This document shows positions 37,208-51,125 of a stretch of 64,000 nucleotides of DNA, in pieces (positions within the stretch are counted from its first letter, which is position 1; every line of letters begins with the position of its first letter). Position numbers and translations under genes: made by a program. Source of the stretch: Eledone cirrhosa (Eukaryota); NCBI GenBank assembly GCA_964016885.1, contig OZ024745.1, positions 134,106,001 to 134,170,000 on the forward strand. Reading direction: 5' to 3'. The notes under the pieces are model-generated. The model saw only the letters and a list, made by a program, of their open reading frames with translations, had not been told where the DNA came from and did no database searches.

Positions 37208-37386
37208 AAAAGCGTTGCCCACGGTCCGTGGTGAACAGCCCCCAAGAATCAAAGGTAGAGAGGACTGTTTACGAGATTGTTGCGCCTAATGCGGAGGTGG
37301 GAAAACTGAAGATTAATGTATCGGAAGAGAGCGTTGAAGAGAAGGATATTCCATGGATTGACGGTGAAATGAAAGATTGTGTGTAA
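37208..37386 (+). CDS. Probable terminal coding exon of the same host gene
   Basis: Acceptor TGTTTCTGATGTAG. The phase 1 start AA joins the upstream G to give GAA, then KRCPRSVVNSPQESKVERTVYEIVAPNAEVGKLKINVSEESVEEKDIPWIDGEMKDCV-TAA. AATAAA follows at 37618. Confidence 0.6.
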
Positions 37387-37473
37387 TGTTTGCTGCTGAA
37401 TATAGAGAGACGGAGTAGGAAGAGAGTGAAATTGGGAGCTTAAAGGAAACCAACGTTGTTCAATCGTAATTTC

Positions 37474-37605
37474 TTACGAACGTTTCACAGATGGATGGCT
37501 CAAGATCCATAGTTGTGTTATAGACCTGATTTTAATGAACAGATTGAAACTGGAGTCGGGTCTATAACATGGATTTTGAGCCGCCCATCTGTGAAACGTT
37601 CGTAA
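37474..37605 (+). other. 132-nt inverted repeat (hairpin) in the putative 3' UTR
   Basis: TTACGAACGTTTCACAGATGG pairs with CCATCTGTGAAACGTTCGTAA. Inner stem GTTATAGACC/GGTCTATAAC. Confidence 0.9.
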
Positions 37606-37617
37606 TTAGGTCTAATC

Positions 37618-37623
37618 AATAAA
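37618..37623 (+). terminator. Candidate polyadenylation signal
   Basis: First AATAAA after the stop at 37386, immediately past the hairpin, with a T-rich stretch downstream. Confidence 0.4.
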
Positions 37624-37802
37624 AACCTCAATGTGAAACCTCGTTTAGTTTTTCTTAATGTATACCCTCTACTATAATATAGAGTACTAGTATTGGTACC
37701 TTCCTCAGTAAACCACTAATCTACTGAATCACCTAATATATGTGATAAACAGGCGAAACTCCAGAGTAACAAGACTCACTTTTTAGCCTTAATATAAATA
37801 AA

Positions 37803-37934
<132 letters not shown>

Positions 37935-38745
37935 GTTTCGGTCTACCAAATTCTACTCACAAGTCATTGGTCAACTTGAGGCTGTGATGACACAGACCAG
38001 TTGCTGCGCAGTGCCAAGGAACCCAGATCCTCTGGGTTACAAGGTGAAGTCCTAAATCACACAGCCATGTCTTCGCCTGTGTAATAATCAAAGAATTATA
38101 AGTAAATGGTCATATTACAAGGCCCCCATCTATAAATGTATACTTATATAGTGAAATGCATCGATATTTGTGCTGTTGACATTTTTCTAAATTATTAAAC
38201 TATCGATCTCTTATCTCACAATAAATTAATAAATATATATTAAATATTTTAATTTACTGATAACCTTAAAGACAAAAATTTTATTCTTCAAATATTTTAT
38301 ATGGGGCTAATCCTCTTGGCAAGGGTCGTTCTTCTTCAGCCTGTACCCACACGTGAAGATGTGCCCTCGATTGGCTTTCAAATACTTGACAAATTTCCAG
38401 TTGTCTACATTTAGTGGTGATTTGTTTCTGTCCTGTGGTACATAAGCACGACTACAGAGAATCAAAACCAAGATTGCCAGGATCTTCCTCTCAAGGTCAG
38501 CTTGGAATTAAACTCAAGTTAATAACTATTTTCTCTAAGCGGTTAATAGAGATGTGTTGGTCGAGTGAGATAATTTCTATGACAAACATACCACAATTTT
38601 TGCGTGGTTAGGAAGTTCACATTTTAACAATGGTGTTTCGAGCTTCATCGCGCTCTGTGTCAACTTGAGCAAGTGTTTCGATTATAACCTTCGTTTAAAT
38701 AATGTATTTTAATGTAATTTAGTAAACAGAGACTATTCAGAAGCC

Positions 38746-38767
38746 TGTGTGTGTGTGTAAGAGAGAG

Positions 38768-38864
<97 letters not shown>
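38746..38864. repeat. (GT)n/(GA)n microsatellite
   Basis: Direct reading. Confidence 0.95.
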
Positions 38865-38866
<2 letters not shown>

Positions 38867-39204
38867 ATGCTTCCTTATTTAAGTTCTATCAGAGTTGAAG
38901 CTAGTTACTAACAAAGTTGCTAACGCTATTTCTTTTTAGCCTAGTCAGTTCCAAGGGATTGTGAGTTGATGGTCGTATGTGTGGATATACGTTTACTCAT
39001 TGTATGAGTTTGTGTGTATTTTTTTACCTGAATTTGGTATATTACGTATGTCATACGGGCTTGTCTGTTCATTCCAGGTAACTCAAACACATACTGTTCT
39101 GATTGTTTTGTTCTTTCTTGGGAAACCACGGCTTCCATGAAAATACATTGTTACATAGTCTAGTGACCTATAGATACAAATGAAGTACACTAATAGGTAG
39201 GATC

Positions 39205-39545
39205 GTCGTCTTCTTTTTCTTTTTCGCCCACTTATTTCTGAGAGGGTCGTGGTGACAGAATCCTCAAGCCCTCTTTCCAGCTGGTCCTATCAGAAGCAAC
39301 CGTCTCCAACTGATCCGACTGGATCCCCAAGCGAATCCAGCCGTTATTCAACCATCTTGCTCGATGTTTACCCCTGGGTCTTCTGCCGGTTGGTTTTGCC
39401 TGTAAAATCTGTCCAGCGATTCTTTCTTCAGACATTCTAACCACATGTCCATAGTATTGGAACTATGATCTCTCAATTCAGAGAAGTAGCTACTCTACCT
39501 GGGGTGACTCTCTGATCTCCGAGCTACGCACTCTATCCAATAACG
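39205..39545 (-). mobile_element. RTE-clade LINE 3' fragment
   Basis: YYGHVVRMSEERIAGQIL..GRRPRGK..RW..DRTSWK, typical of the RTE C-terminus. Confidence 0.8.
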
Positions 39546-41170
39546 TGGTAATTGGCACAAATGAGAAGCAATAGGATTCACCGCAGATGTTTTCGTTTTC
39601 CACACCTTTAGACGAGTCTTTCAAACTCGCTGGACAGCTGACCATTACAATAGTATGACTGCTGCCTCATAGAGCAATATCAAGTCTGATGTCCCTTTTC
39701 TGTGACAGTCAGGAAAATCCTGTTTCCGTAAGAATGTCTCGTGAGAATGTCTTGGCAATTGCTAATGATGTTGCTGATATCTTGCATAGGACTAATTCGA
39801 CATTTTTTTCTATCACAACAACATTGTCTGAAGCCATCCTTCTCTCTTTTATTGATCGAATATTTAGTATTTATCTTCAGGATTTACCTTCAGTTCCTAA
39901 ATAGTGAAGGCGTATCCTTCAGGACAAGATGTGATATAAGTAATGTATGTTTGTAATTTGCATGCGTGTGTGTGTATTTATAGGCGTATATATATATCTG
40001 AGTGTGTATGTATGTGTGCACATGTATGTAGTGTGTATGCATGTATGTATGTTTGTGTACGTAGGTACGCACGTGACTACGAATACGAGTGTATACATTA
40101 GTTTACGTTTGTGTGTACGTGTTTATGCGCATCTGAGTATGTATCTGTATATACGCGTCTGTTTAAGTATATTTATGTATCGGTGAAAGATGTAAACTTG
40201 GAGAAAACCGAAAAAGCGATACTTTCGTATCAAACTGCCACATGTTGTTCTGGATCACTTTCTTAGGTACTTGTCACTCTCGCCGTCAGATATGCGGTGA
40301 ACCAATTGACCCCCAGGAAACATGTAACTATTGTTTTACGAAATGTGATATAAAAATAAATATTAAATCAATATAAATCAATAACTATTTCTATTCATAG
40401 CTCATCGTTTCAAATTTCTTGTTGCCGTTGTTTTGTATTTCTTGACACAAAACCTATTTTTACATTGCTTCAGTTCACTTTTGTCTAGTTCCATCTCTAG
40501 CTGAACAGACCCATGATAAAAAGCGTTCTATCCGTGAACAAACCGACGTTTTCAGAGAGTGTGTTTACTAAATTATCCATCCAATATTGCTCTCTTTTTA
40601 ATGTGGTAGGGGGTAATTTGAGACAGTTTGTGTTAGTTTTTCGTCCTGCTAGAAATAGCATGTAAATATTCTGAGATGTGTTTCACCTTATCTTGAAATG
40701 TTCATAAAAGAGTAGGTAAAGAAATTGAGTGAGATGATTTACCGTGAGTAATGACTGAAATATAATGTTTCGAATACTTCTTCTTTGGAGGTGTATCTTG
40801 AGGTAGTGAAATTACGACTGCGAAAATAATACTAATGAGTGATATGGAGGGGAACGCCAGTGAGAGGTGAGGAGGGTAGTATTATGGTGCAGTGAAGGTC
40901 TGCCTAATATATTAGTATTTATGTTTTAGTTATAACCACGGTACTGAATATGACTGCTACTCTGCAGTTTCCTATTCCACGTTTAAATTATCATGCATAA
41001 GAATCCAGCAGTCGGCGGATATCTTCTTGCCACTCAGAGATTCTTACTTTCTCTACTTTACTACCTACTCTTTCTAATATCGGTTTTCAGATTTATAAAG
41101 AATGGTGGATTTTTGTCTTTATTTCAAGAACGTTTGCAGAACTAGGTGTTTGCCAGGAGTTTGTCAGGTG

Positions 41171-41758
41171 TACTCTCGGGTCTCGAATAATCGTCCACAC
41201 TCCCCCACTTGTTAATTTTTCACATTTTCTACCCACAACCATCCCCCGCTTTTATTCCAAGCTTATTAATTTTTGCTAATATATCTCCGGCTCAAAAGTG
41301 ACACAGAGGAGACTGAGGTTAGCTGGACATGCTCACCGACATCCAGAGTTGACACTACACCCAGTACTCCTGTGGGATCCCTGCATGGACACTCTAGAAG
41401 AGGGAGATTGAGGTTGACATATGTTGACGCCCTAAGGACAGACACTGGTCTCTTGGAGACGCAGGATATGGCAGCGATAATGAGGGACAGAGACTGCTGG
41501 AGAGAACTCGTCCATGGATCTCGGGAATTTTACCCGCCCTAGATAAATAGATATCTCCGGCGAATTATTTTAAGTGGTAGCATTGCTCCGGCAATAAATT
41601 TTCTTTAGACATTAAAAAACATTATACTTGACAAAAAAGTACATTACTAGAAATCTCATACGTTATAAAATAAATAGGATGGGTTGGAGTCTCAATATGT
41701 AAACTAAACGACTAATTCTGGGTTTTTTTTAATCAACGGAAACAACCTAGAAAGAGTA
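41171..41758. mobile_element. MITE family copy 2, interrupted by an RTE fragment
   Basis: Starts TACTCTCGGGTCTCGAATAAT, body resumes after the insertion, ends GAGTA. Confidence 0.8.
41292..41550 (+). mobile_element. 5'-truncated RTE LINE with 11-bp TSD
   Basis: RRLRLAGH..RHPE, then GRLRLTYVDALRTDTG..DRDCWR. TAGA-like tail. TSD ATATCTCCGGC at 41281-41291 and 41551-41561. Confidence 0.88.
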
Positions 41759-44299
41759 GCTACTATCTGCTAATCATTATTTATGATGATGATGATAGGG
41801 AAGTCGTTATTTTCTATGCTGAAGGGTAATTAAAGTTAATTTGAATGTATATAAATATATATAAAAGAGAAAGACTAGTTCTTCCCAATGGTTCGTAGTA
41901 ATTTCATTTGACATGAATCTCTAAAATAACCAAATTGATATTGCTGTAGCATCTCCCTCAATTGTTGATGTTGTAGTTATAAACAGTCTTATTGAAGAGA
42001 TTGATCAGTTAGTGAAGTGTGACACTGCCTCCAGATATTGCAGTATGTTTAAAGTATAGTGCTGTACTATAAAGTACTCTATCGTACAGTGTAAAAGGCT
42101 TACTACTCTATCATACAGTGTAAAAGGCTTCGGTGTAACGTAAGGTAGTAAACTCCTTATGAACTTAGTATGCAACCTCAGTTTGATCTTCAGTTTAACT
42201 ATTTCATTTATTTTGAAAAAGTGCATAGACGCTACAAACTCCCTTCCATCAATTCCTGAATAAGATTAATTTCCCCTTTGATGAATACCTCTCACCAAAT
42301 ATCTATAAATTGCCTATATTCATCCAAATATAAATGTCAGATGTGTAGTAGAGTGGTTAGTAAGTAAAAATGTTGTACATATAGAATTGTAGTTTTCCAT
42401 GATGCCGCGCAGTATGTGTTGTATTTACCATGCGATGTTGTATAACCTCTAGCGGGGATTTGTCAGGCTTTGATGTAAGGTTATAACTAGGTCCCCCACA
42501 TTATTCTATCAACATATTAATAAACTTGATCGTTTCATAGGTTTTTAGCCTTTATATAAAAACGCATGGAGCTGAGAAAGGCATAGGTATACTGCTACTA
42601 CTGTTGCTGTTCATAATTCTCTAGGCATCATTTTCTTGTAGCTTTTCAACTAACAATTTAATATATTACATCTCGATACAAAAGTTCCTTTAAAAGACAA
42701 CCAAAATACACGTTTCATAGTTTCCCTTGTCTTTGTTATTTCTGTAGTTTTTGTTTTGTATATTATACTTTTTGTTACTGAAATGACTTAATTTCCTCAT
42801 GTCTCACGTCACTAAAACTGATAACCATTTAAACAATTCCTTTGATTAAAAGGAAAAGCCTGAAACTGTTTTAGAAAGTAATTTCTTTTTTGTAATCATT
42901 GACTAGTTTTAACGTGTTCTCGGTGGCCGCTAACACTATCGTGATATAGAAGTCTTAAACACATCAGTTTTAAAATTATTCCTAAGAATGCATGCATCAA
43001 ATGTTCATGCTATTCTTACAATCGTTTCCTCCTTGCCGTCTCCTCACTCAACCTTTACTAAAACATACACAACCTCCTTCATCTTTTCAATGCCACTTCC
43101 TGATCTCTATAGAATTGTGAGTATTAGAATCTAATTATTAATTTCCGACTTAGTTTCTTTTTAATTCTTCTCCTTTGAAACCATTTAAAACTTCTAAAGG
43201 AGGAAACCATTGTTTCATATAAAGCAAGTTCAAGCAAATATGTGAGATCATCTACAAGCACAGGCCGTTTGTTTAAGGGATTCTCTTCACAACCACTTGA
43301 GTTCGGGTTTATTTACACTCCTAGACACCTTGAATAAGTGTATTTTACACCTCGAGTAGACCAGTGACTTGTTAGTGGAGTTTGGGAAACTGTAGAAACC
43401 CGTCCTGTGTATGTGTATGCATTTACAATGTATATACACGTATCAATCAGGTTATTCCACACCAGTATCAATCAGACTATTCTACACCTATATCAATCTT
43501 TATATAGTATTCAATTGTGTTTAAAGTTTCAGCAGACACTGCTTTGAATATTTGAACAATTCAGTTAAAACTATTTACCTCAGTTCGCCAAGCAGTTAGG
43601 AACCAATATCATACCTGATAAAGTTACCTATACAAGTGCAGGAACCAATATCATACCTGATAAAGTTACCTGTACAGGTACAGACGTACCTCCCTCCCTC
43701 TCAATGCTAATATATCAGTATTAAGCTAGCAACTCAGTCAACATTAACTTTCATTTTGGGGGATCGATAAAATAAAGTACGTATCCAATACCGGATTCGA
43801 TTTCAAATACCACCCAAAGTGGCTTGGCGAGATTATTAACGAGTTAGACAGGATTGTTTGCAGTATCTCATCTTGTACATTGTGTTCAATACTGGCCTCC
43901 TTCTGCCAGGACTTGTCACTGAAAAGACTAATGGAAACAGTTTCTTTTGTCCGATCTGATGATCTGATGATCTGTTCCTTTCCTATATTGCATCATAAAT
44001 GGCAATAGTATTATAATAGGCGAAGACTTTTATGGGATTCATGGCGGTATTCATATAACAATGCCAAAACATTTAACTAACATAAGTAATATAGGTAGAG
44101 TGGGGGAGTTGCACTGGTAGGATATGAACATAGGGAAAGGGAGAGTCATTTTATGTAAATACGATTAACAGTTGATCCCCTCCAACACTGAAATATCTCC
44201 AGTTGGTCACCTTGAAAATCTTTTTGTCATTAATGGCCGTGTTAGCAATAGTAGATTTGTCCTTGTTTATATAGATAGAATATTTAACTGGGTGAGGTC

Positions 44300-44565
44300 T
44301 AAAAACCTCTGACTGGTAAAATGACAAGTCAGTCAATCATATTGGTGGCCTCCCCACAGCCCCGGCGGGCAGAATGGTGAAGGCGTTTCCCCGGAGGACG
44401 GCAAGGGAGATGCGCTGGAAAAGCCATTCCAACTCGCCTATGGTGGTGAGTAGGGAGGTAGCCCTAGCGCCGAGGACACCAGAAGTCTCCACTGCCAAGG
44501 GTACAACCGCAAACCTGTCGGAGAGCGACCGGTATTTGAAGAGTTTAGTCTCCTCAGCCCGACAT
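44300..44565 (-). mobile_element. 3' fragment of a restriction-like-endonuclease non-LTR element (CRE-like)
   Basis: AEETKLFKYRSL..VPLAVETSGVLG..WLFQRISLAVLRGNA matches the C-terminal signature of CRE-like RLE elements. GC-rich island in AT-rich DNA. Confidence 0.7.
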
Positions 44566-46189
44566 CGTTGGTTATAGTTATCAGAAGTTAGTGACAAGAC
44601 AATAGTAGCAAAAAGGAAGTTTTAAAAGCTACACTTTTTTAAGTGTTATTTTCACAGCCAGTTTTATCTGAAATGATTTAAAAGAATGTAGTAACTTTTT
44701 ATCAAAATCGTCTTCATTCTTATTCTGACAACCTGTTATTCACTTAGAAAGCCATACTTGTCACACTTAAAACGTTAAAGGATGGTGCATCTTGTTTGAA
44801 TGAATCTCACCATATTTACAATCTGTCAGTGTATATATGTGTGTAGATCAACATATATTGTTCGGTGAAATATGTCAGTGTGTGTATATATGTGTGTAGA
44901 TCAACATATATTGTTCGGTGAAATATGTCAGTGTGCAGATTAACATTGTTCGATGAAGTAATTATGATAAAAGAGATATGGAATAGACATAAAATAATAT
45001 CTCTGTTTTCGGTTAAGAGGGGGAAAAAAAATCTAGATTGAGAAATATTATCCTCGTCGCCGTAGATGTCGAGTTTGTAGTTAGATATTTCTTTGTCGGA
45101 GATTTCTTTGGTAAATGTTTGAAAGGAAGAGGTGGGGCTTTTGATGTTTATAAAGGGAGATTACCTTGAATTGAAACATTGATAAGGAGAATAATAGAGA
45201 TGAGTGAGTGTGTTAGAGATGAATGTGGGAGAGAGTGAGAGAGAAGGGGGCTATGATTCGTGGAACGTGAGAGAGAATGATTTTGGTGGATGGAAATGTG
45301 TGTATGTGAGAGGGGGTGAGACTGTGTGGTGTGATGAGAGAGGACTATGATGTGTAGGAATATGTGAGAGTATGTGGAAAAGAGAGGAGTGAGTGGAAAG
45401 TTTGAAATAGAACTGTCTTGTGTGTCACCTTCAATCTACGTTTTTCTTGCTTCCACTCTGTCTCCCATCCTACATTTGTTTACATCCCATCATCTCACAC
45501 CTAATAATTCCTCTCCCTATAACAGCCACACTAACTTCACAACACTCAGTTTCTTCCATTTATTTTTATATCTCAAAATCTTACTTTAAACCAACCCAAT
45601 CTCTCATACTCACACTGCCACACACTCTCAACCTTCCGCACACCCCTACGCCCATCCCTTACTCACCTCCACCCTCCTCAAACTGTCCATAATGATAGTG
45701 TGGAGGAAGATAAACTCTGGTTCTGTAGTTGAGATGTTCTGGTAATGAAGGCAGTGATAATGATTGTAAGAAACTGTGGAGCTGAAGTGTTTGGAAACTG
45801 GGAGGAAAGCTGGGGTGATCTCAACATATTGGATTCACAAATGCCTGGAACAAGCTGGAAATTTTGGAGCATGTTTAAAACACAAAATGTTTTTTTTTAT
45901 TTTTGGGATTTAATTTCATCGTTACTAATGAATTTATTGAGTAATTATTCGTGAAATAATTTAGTTTTTACTTTTGATATTTTTTTCTTTTTCATTTTTG
46001 ACAAAAAAAAAAAAAAAAAAAAAAATGTTCTTTATTTTGATTATCAATATAACTGAATTACAAATAAATTTGGCAAGGAAACGATAGGAATACGTTAGTC
46101 AAATATTTGATGCTGCAACACAAGTGACGGCACTGCCAACGCCAGGCGAAGCCCCATAAGTAACTTAACCTCACATTTAAGTTATCAGG

Positions 46190-46535
46190 TACTCTCGGCT
46201 AGTTGGAATAAACATAGTAGGGTTGGAAATTCAGTAATTTTTCTAGGTTGTCTCCGTTGAGTTTTTTTTTTAAATCCAGAATTAGTCGTTTAGTTTACAT
46301 ATCGAGACCCCAACCCATCCTATTTATTTTATAACATGGGATTTCTAGTAATATACTTTTTTGCCATATACAATGTTTTTTTAATGTCTAAAGAAAATTA
46401 ATTGTCGCAGGAATGCTACCACTTAAAATAAAATTTTGCCGGAGATAGATTAGCAAAATTCAATAAGCAGAGAGGTGGGAAAAATCTGAAAAATTAATAA
46501 GAGGGAGACCGACGATTATTCGAGACCCGAGGGTA
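46190..46535. mobile_element. MITE family copy 3
   Basis: TACTCTCGG..ATTATTCGAGACCCGAGGGTA. Body is the reverse complement of copies 1 and 2. Confidence 0.8.
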
Positions 46536-47919
46536 CATATTTTGCAAGCGCTTATCTTTCATCCAAATATTTAGGGGAATGTTTTCATACGTTTATACTA
46601 ACTTTGCGGTACGAGACATCACGTCTAGTTTTCAAAATAAACTAAATTTACTTCTAAACGAATAATTTTAAAATAACTACTTTTCTGAACTTTTCGATTT
46701 TGTTAAGGAGAATACCGTGCCGGCAATCTATTATGCGATGATTCCCAAAATCGTGAACTAAACAGTAAGTATTGTTTGAACCATATTTACAAGAATTATT
46801 TTGATAGATGAGTGATCTGTACGTGAGTTGATCATAGTGTTGAATCGTGTGTTTTACACGCTATTCTATCATCAATTATCTTGTGTGTTATAAACAGAAT
46901 AACATTGTTATTCTAAAACATTTGAAATCAACGACCAAACTAAAAGAAAATTCAGTTTTACGTAATTAGTCACATTTTGTACTCGTTTTTGTTTGTATAT
47001 TTTCTTTTTTTACTTACTGTGATCGATGACTTTTCACTTATTATTTAAATAACGTCCATGCATCAATCATGCCGATATGTTAACTAATGTTATTAGGCAT
47101 TATTTGTAGTAAGTCTGAACATTTCGATTTTTTTCTTTAAGTGTAAGATGTAATCACTTTGCATAAATCATATATTAAATGAATTGAAAATGTCCCATAA
47201 CGTCTAATGGGCCGTTGTGTGGTGACCACCGACTTCCTCATCCTGTAATATACCGATTGTAAGTCAGCTTAGTCTGAGGTTCCCCACCTCCTTCTTTGTT
47301 GATTATACTAAAAAACTATTGGTCTGTGAATAAAATTAAATACAATTAGACGATCGACATTTCCAAATCCAGCTCTCCAAAACCTTATTTACAATTTTAC
47401 TGCTCCTACAAACCATAAATACGAGCTAACGATGATATCTCCAAGTGTTCACTCGGCCAGCTAGTAATAGCAGTTAAACATCCCATAACTTAAACCCGAC
47501 TTTAAATAATGGAAGGATACATTTGATAATGTAATCCTACACATCCTAAGGAATAATTATCCTCAACTAGATCATGCAAATGACCACATCATAGGCTTCC
47601 AGTGGACGCTTTGCTTTCATTTAGAATATCTTGACTATGTGTATGTCCTGGCAGCCCTCTCCTTAAAGAGTAAGTGGTAAGGCCACACACTCAGAATGGA
47701 CTAAGGCATGATACTAAAGGCTGCATTAGATTGACACCACGTGAAACGCGAAAACTTGGACGGGCAAAATACAACTGGGATATAACATTTGAAGTCGAAC
47801 TGAAAGAAATGCAATGCATCTTATAGGGGGTAAGATATAGAGTTGAAGACGGGTGTGGTCGAAACATCAAAGCCCTATTTCCCTATCGAGAAAAATGTTA
47901 CTATTATTATCGGCGGTGG

Positions 47920-49080
47920 TTTTCACACTAAAGTTTACAATTCCTTTGATAGTTGTAGCCATCATAACTTGGATTGCTCAATCGTTCAGCAGGAGGTGTT
48001 ATTTGATACCAATTACATGGAACTTTTTTCCCTTTTTCACGTTGACAACTGAACAATTTACTTCACCAAATTCCATGCCTTTCCTGGCTGTATCTTCGGA
48101 CCGTCTGTACTAGCAACTGTTTCAAGTCGTTCATAAAACACAGGCGGTTTAAAGATGATTAGAAGCACCTTTCCCCAACTTTACTGTTCTCAGTACTTAT
48201 GATATTGGGTACAAACGCAGAAGGGAAAAGGTGTCGCCCTGAAAAATACCTCTGTTAATGTTAACATTACCTAGGAATTTATTATATGAATGTACATTAA
48301 TTCTCCGATTTTTTTATGCTAGATTCTACCAATTTATTAGATTATCTGCCACCCCAAACATCTTCATAAATACAGGAACCCAGGACATCATATTGTCAGC
48401 TTTTTTAGAATTTATTCATGCCATATTCAGGGATTTTTCCAGGTCTCTGATATCTGTCAAGGTGGTTTTCTTCCCATCCATGTTTTTCTCCAGCCGTTTT
48501 TTGTTCTAAAGAGAGAAGACTGTTGGTTAATTGATGATGGTATTTACAAAGCAGATTTAAGCAGGCAATAGGTCAGTAACTTCTAGCTATAGGACCTTTC
48601 ATAGGGTCTTTCATGGTAAGAGTGGTCCGCCCTTCAACCATCCAGCTTGGCATCTCACTTTGTGCAATACATACATTAAAATAATTAATTCACTAGCTAT
48701 GTACGCTCTGGAATCTTTTAGCCTGCGTACTGATTTTATAGTAACTGGGTCCTTTACACAGTAATAACTCGTTTACATCGTCATTGACATAATATGATAT
48801 GATCCTCACAAATTGCTCCATAAGGTTGTAGCTTCATCTAGATCAGGTGGTAAATTTTTAACACCATGTTAGACTTTCTAAAACTTCCCGCTGCTTCCAA
48901 ATGGTCTTTTTTTCTTTTGGAATTGCAGTATTATGTATACTGATGGAGTTTTTATACTCTTTTCGCATTTTCCTTGTCTCACCTTTTTCCATAACCGTAG
49001 GCCTAGTTCTCTAAGCTGATATTTGCAGTCCAGCCTTTCTTTATCCGCTTCCTGTCCTTTTCTCAACACACCTCTATGCA
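47920..49080 (-). mobile_element. Decayed R4/Dong-type RT region
   Basis: Minus-strand remnants SY*PIACLN, LLSLEQK, KSLNMA*INSKKA, GMEFGEVNCSVVNVKKGK and DGYNYQ appear in the order expected for YRPITCL, EQKG, WIDYKKAYD, GMxFGxxKC and YKYLG. Confidence 0.6.
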
Positions 49081-49137
49081 TTCCTTTTTATCATTTTTCT
49101 TTCATAATTTTGTTTTTTGCTTTTATTAAAGAAAACC

Positions 49138-49320
49138 ATTGGCAGTATCGGTAGAGGGTCGGATGCCATGATTTGACGCATAGAGTTACGGCCCTTGCCA
49201 TTATGAGTTCAAATCCCGCCAGTGTTAACATTGCCTTTCATCTTTACAGGGTCGATAAAATAAAATACCAGTAATGCACTGGATAATTGCTGGCCTTGTG
49301 CCAAAAGTAGAAACAATTTA
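49138..49320 (+). mobile_element. Family A SINE
   Basis: A box TGGCAGTATCGG, B box GAGTTCAAATCCC, tail GGCCTTGTGCCAAAAGTAGAAACAATT. Confidence 0.85.
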
Positions 49321-50029
49321 TACCCCTTTCTCAGTTGATGCAAGCTTTCTTTAATTATCCTTTGAGAAAGGCATGAACATCCCAGTGTTAATTTTATTTT
49401 TCTTAAACAATATACTATTTTTGTGCTAAAACATCAGCATAACTGTGTCGGGTCTTCCATAAAAGTGCTAGGGATTTACTGTTGAATAAATCTTAAATCA
49501 ATATTAATCACACGGGGACAGCAGTTTGCTAATTTCGTTGGGTATTGTAAAAACATATTCAACACATTTAATTGAAGAAACCTTAATGAGCTAAGTGGAA
49601 ATAATTAAGTGGCGAGCAAAAAATATTAATTATTAAAACAATTTCGGCACATACGAAACACGGAATGTTTCTATCTGACGATGACTATTCTCAACAATGC
49701 ATGGATTTCCTCGATTTACCGATCTAGTGGTGGGCATATTACAGAGCAGATGTACAATAATCTACCTTAGTAGGCTAAGAGAATACATTAGCGATGTTAT
49801 CTGCACGAAAAACAATTTAACACATTCAATGAGGAAGCAATGTTAACTGGAAATTAATTCCTATTAACTTTTTAATAAAGAAGTATTAAATGTTAACACT
49901 AAATGTAAAATGTCATGAGAAAATATCGGTCATTGACTAAAATTGTTTTCTTTCAAGAAGTAAAGAAACAAGCCTTAGAACATTTTTCTAATCAAAATTT
50001 TACCATGTCGTAAGACTTCCTTCTGTGCC

Positions 50030-51123
50030 ATGTGAAGGGGGACACTATATTTGGGCCTCTTGGCCCAAATATTTAAATTTTTTATATTGAAAAAAGAATT
50101 ATCAAAAAAACATGGCTGAGCCATGACAACAACACACAATACTAACCTTCAAAACAATGACCACACCAACCATAACAGTAACAACCAAAATACAGACAAC
50201 AGAAACAATGACAATAAATGCAACAACAATATTAACACCACTAACATGAAAATAAATAGCGACAACAACAGCCACAATACAAACTGCACCGAGAACAACA
50301 ACAACAGTGGCACCAAAAACAACCAACTGCAACAACGACAACAACAACGACAACACTCGGCATCTGTCGGTGATCAAAGTTAATGGCCACCTCTCGGAAC
50401 CGTTTCAGATCGCCCGATCGGTCCGTCAAGGGTTCCCTCTCTCCTGTACGTATTGACTTTCGAGCCTTTACTGCGGAAGCTGGAGCTGTTGCAAGGCATC
50501 CCTCTCGAACCAAGCCGTGGAAGGACTGTGACGGCTTATACGGACGACATCACCGTGATGGTGTCGGACACCTCGGAAATCGAGGTGGTCGGCAACTTAT
50601 TGGAGGAATATGAAAGGTTGACAGAAGCGAAACTTAACCCGGAAAAGTCGGTAGGCTTGCAGCTTGGCGCCTGGGGGGGGCATGTCCATGCCGTCCAACA
50701 GCGTCGTTGGGCGCTGGACGGACCGGTAAAGTTGCTCGGGGTTCGTTTTGGGCCAGACCTCCAGGTTGATAAGAATTGCGACGAGGTAACGGGCAGGGTA
50801 GCCAATCTCACCCAGAAATGGGTTGCGAGGAAGCTATCACTGAAAGGTCGAGTGAAGGTGGCGAACGCGTATATCGCGTCCGTCATCTACAACCGCCTGA
50901 CCGTCATTCCTTGCCCCCGTCCACGCCCCGCCAAATTTTAACGGCTCCTCTTCAAATTCTTGTGGAGGGGACAGGTTCCATTGGTGAGGCGGTCTATCTG
51001 CTGCCAGCACACTCTACGCGGAGGGCTGAGAATGCCGTGACTAATGATGCGCAGACATGCGCTGAGGCATCTCCAGATATTCTGCCTAAACGGTGAACAG
51101 GTGTGGTCGCCGTTTAGGCGAAC
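50030..51123 (+). mobile_element. Internally deleted copy of the Tx1-like family (5' UTR hairpin and ORF1 start fused to mid-RT)
   Basis: 50047-50350 matches element positions about 307-710. From about 50355 it matches about 4217-5005 (YTDD in place of YADD). About 3.5 kb is missing. Confidence 0.88.
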
Positions 51124-51125
51124 AA

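Noticed and set aside
43599-43682. Short two-copy duplications (also about 8270, 42075, 44825 and 53235)
   Set aside because: Ordinary slippage duplications with no further structure.
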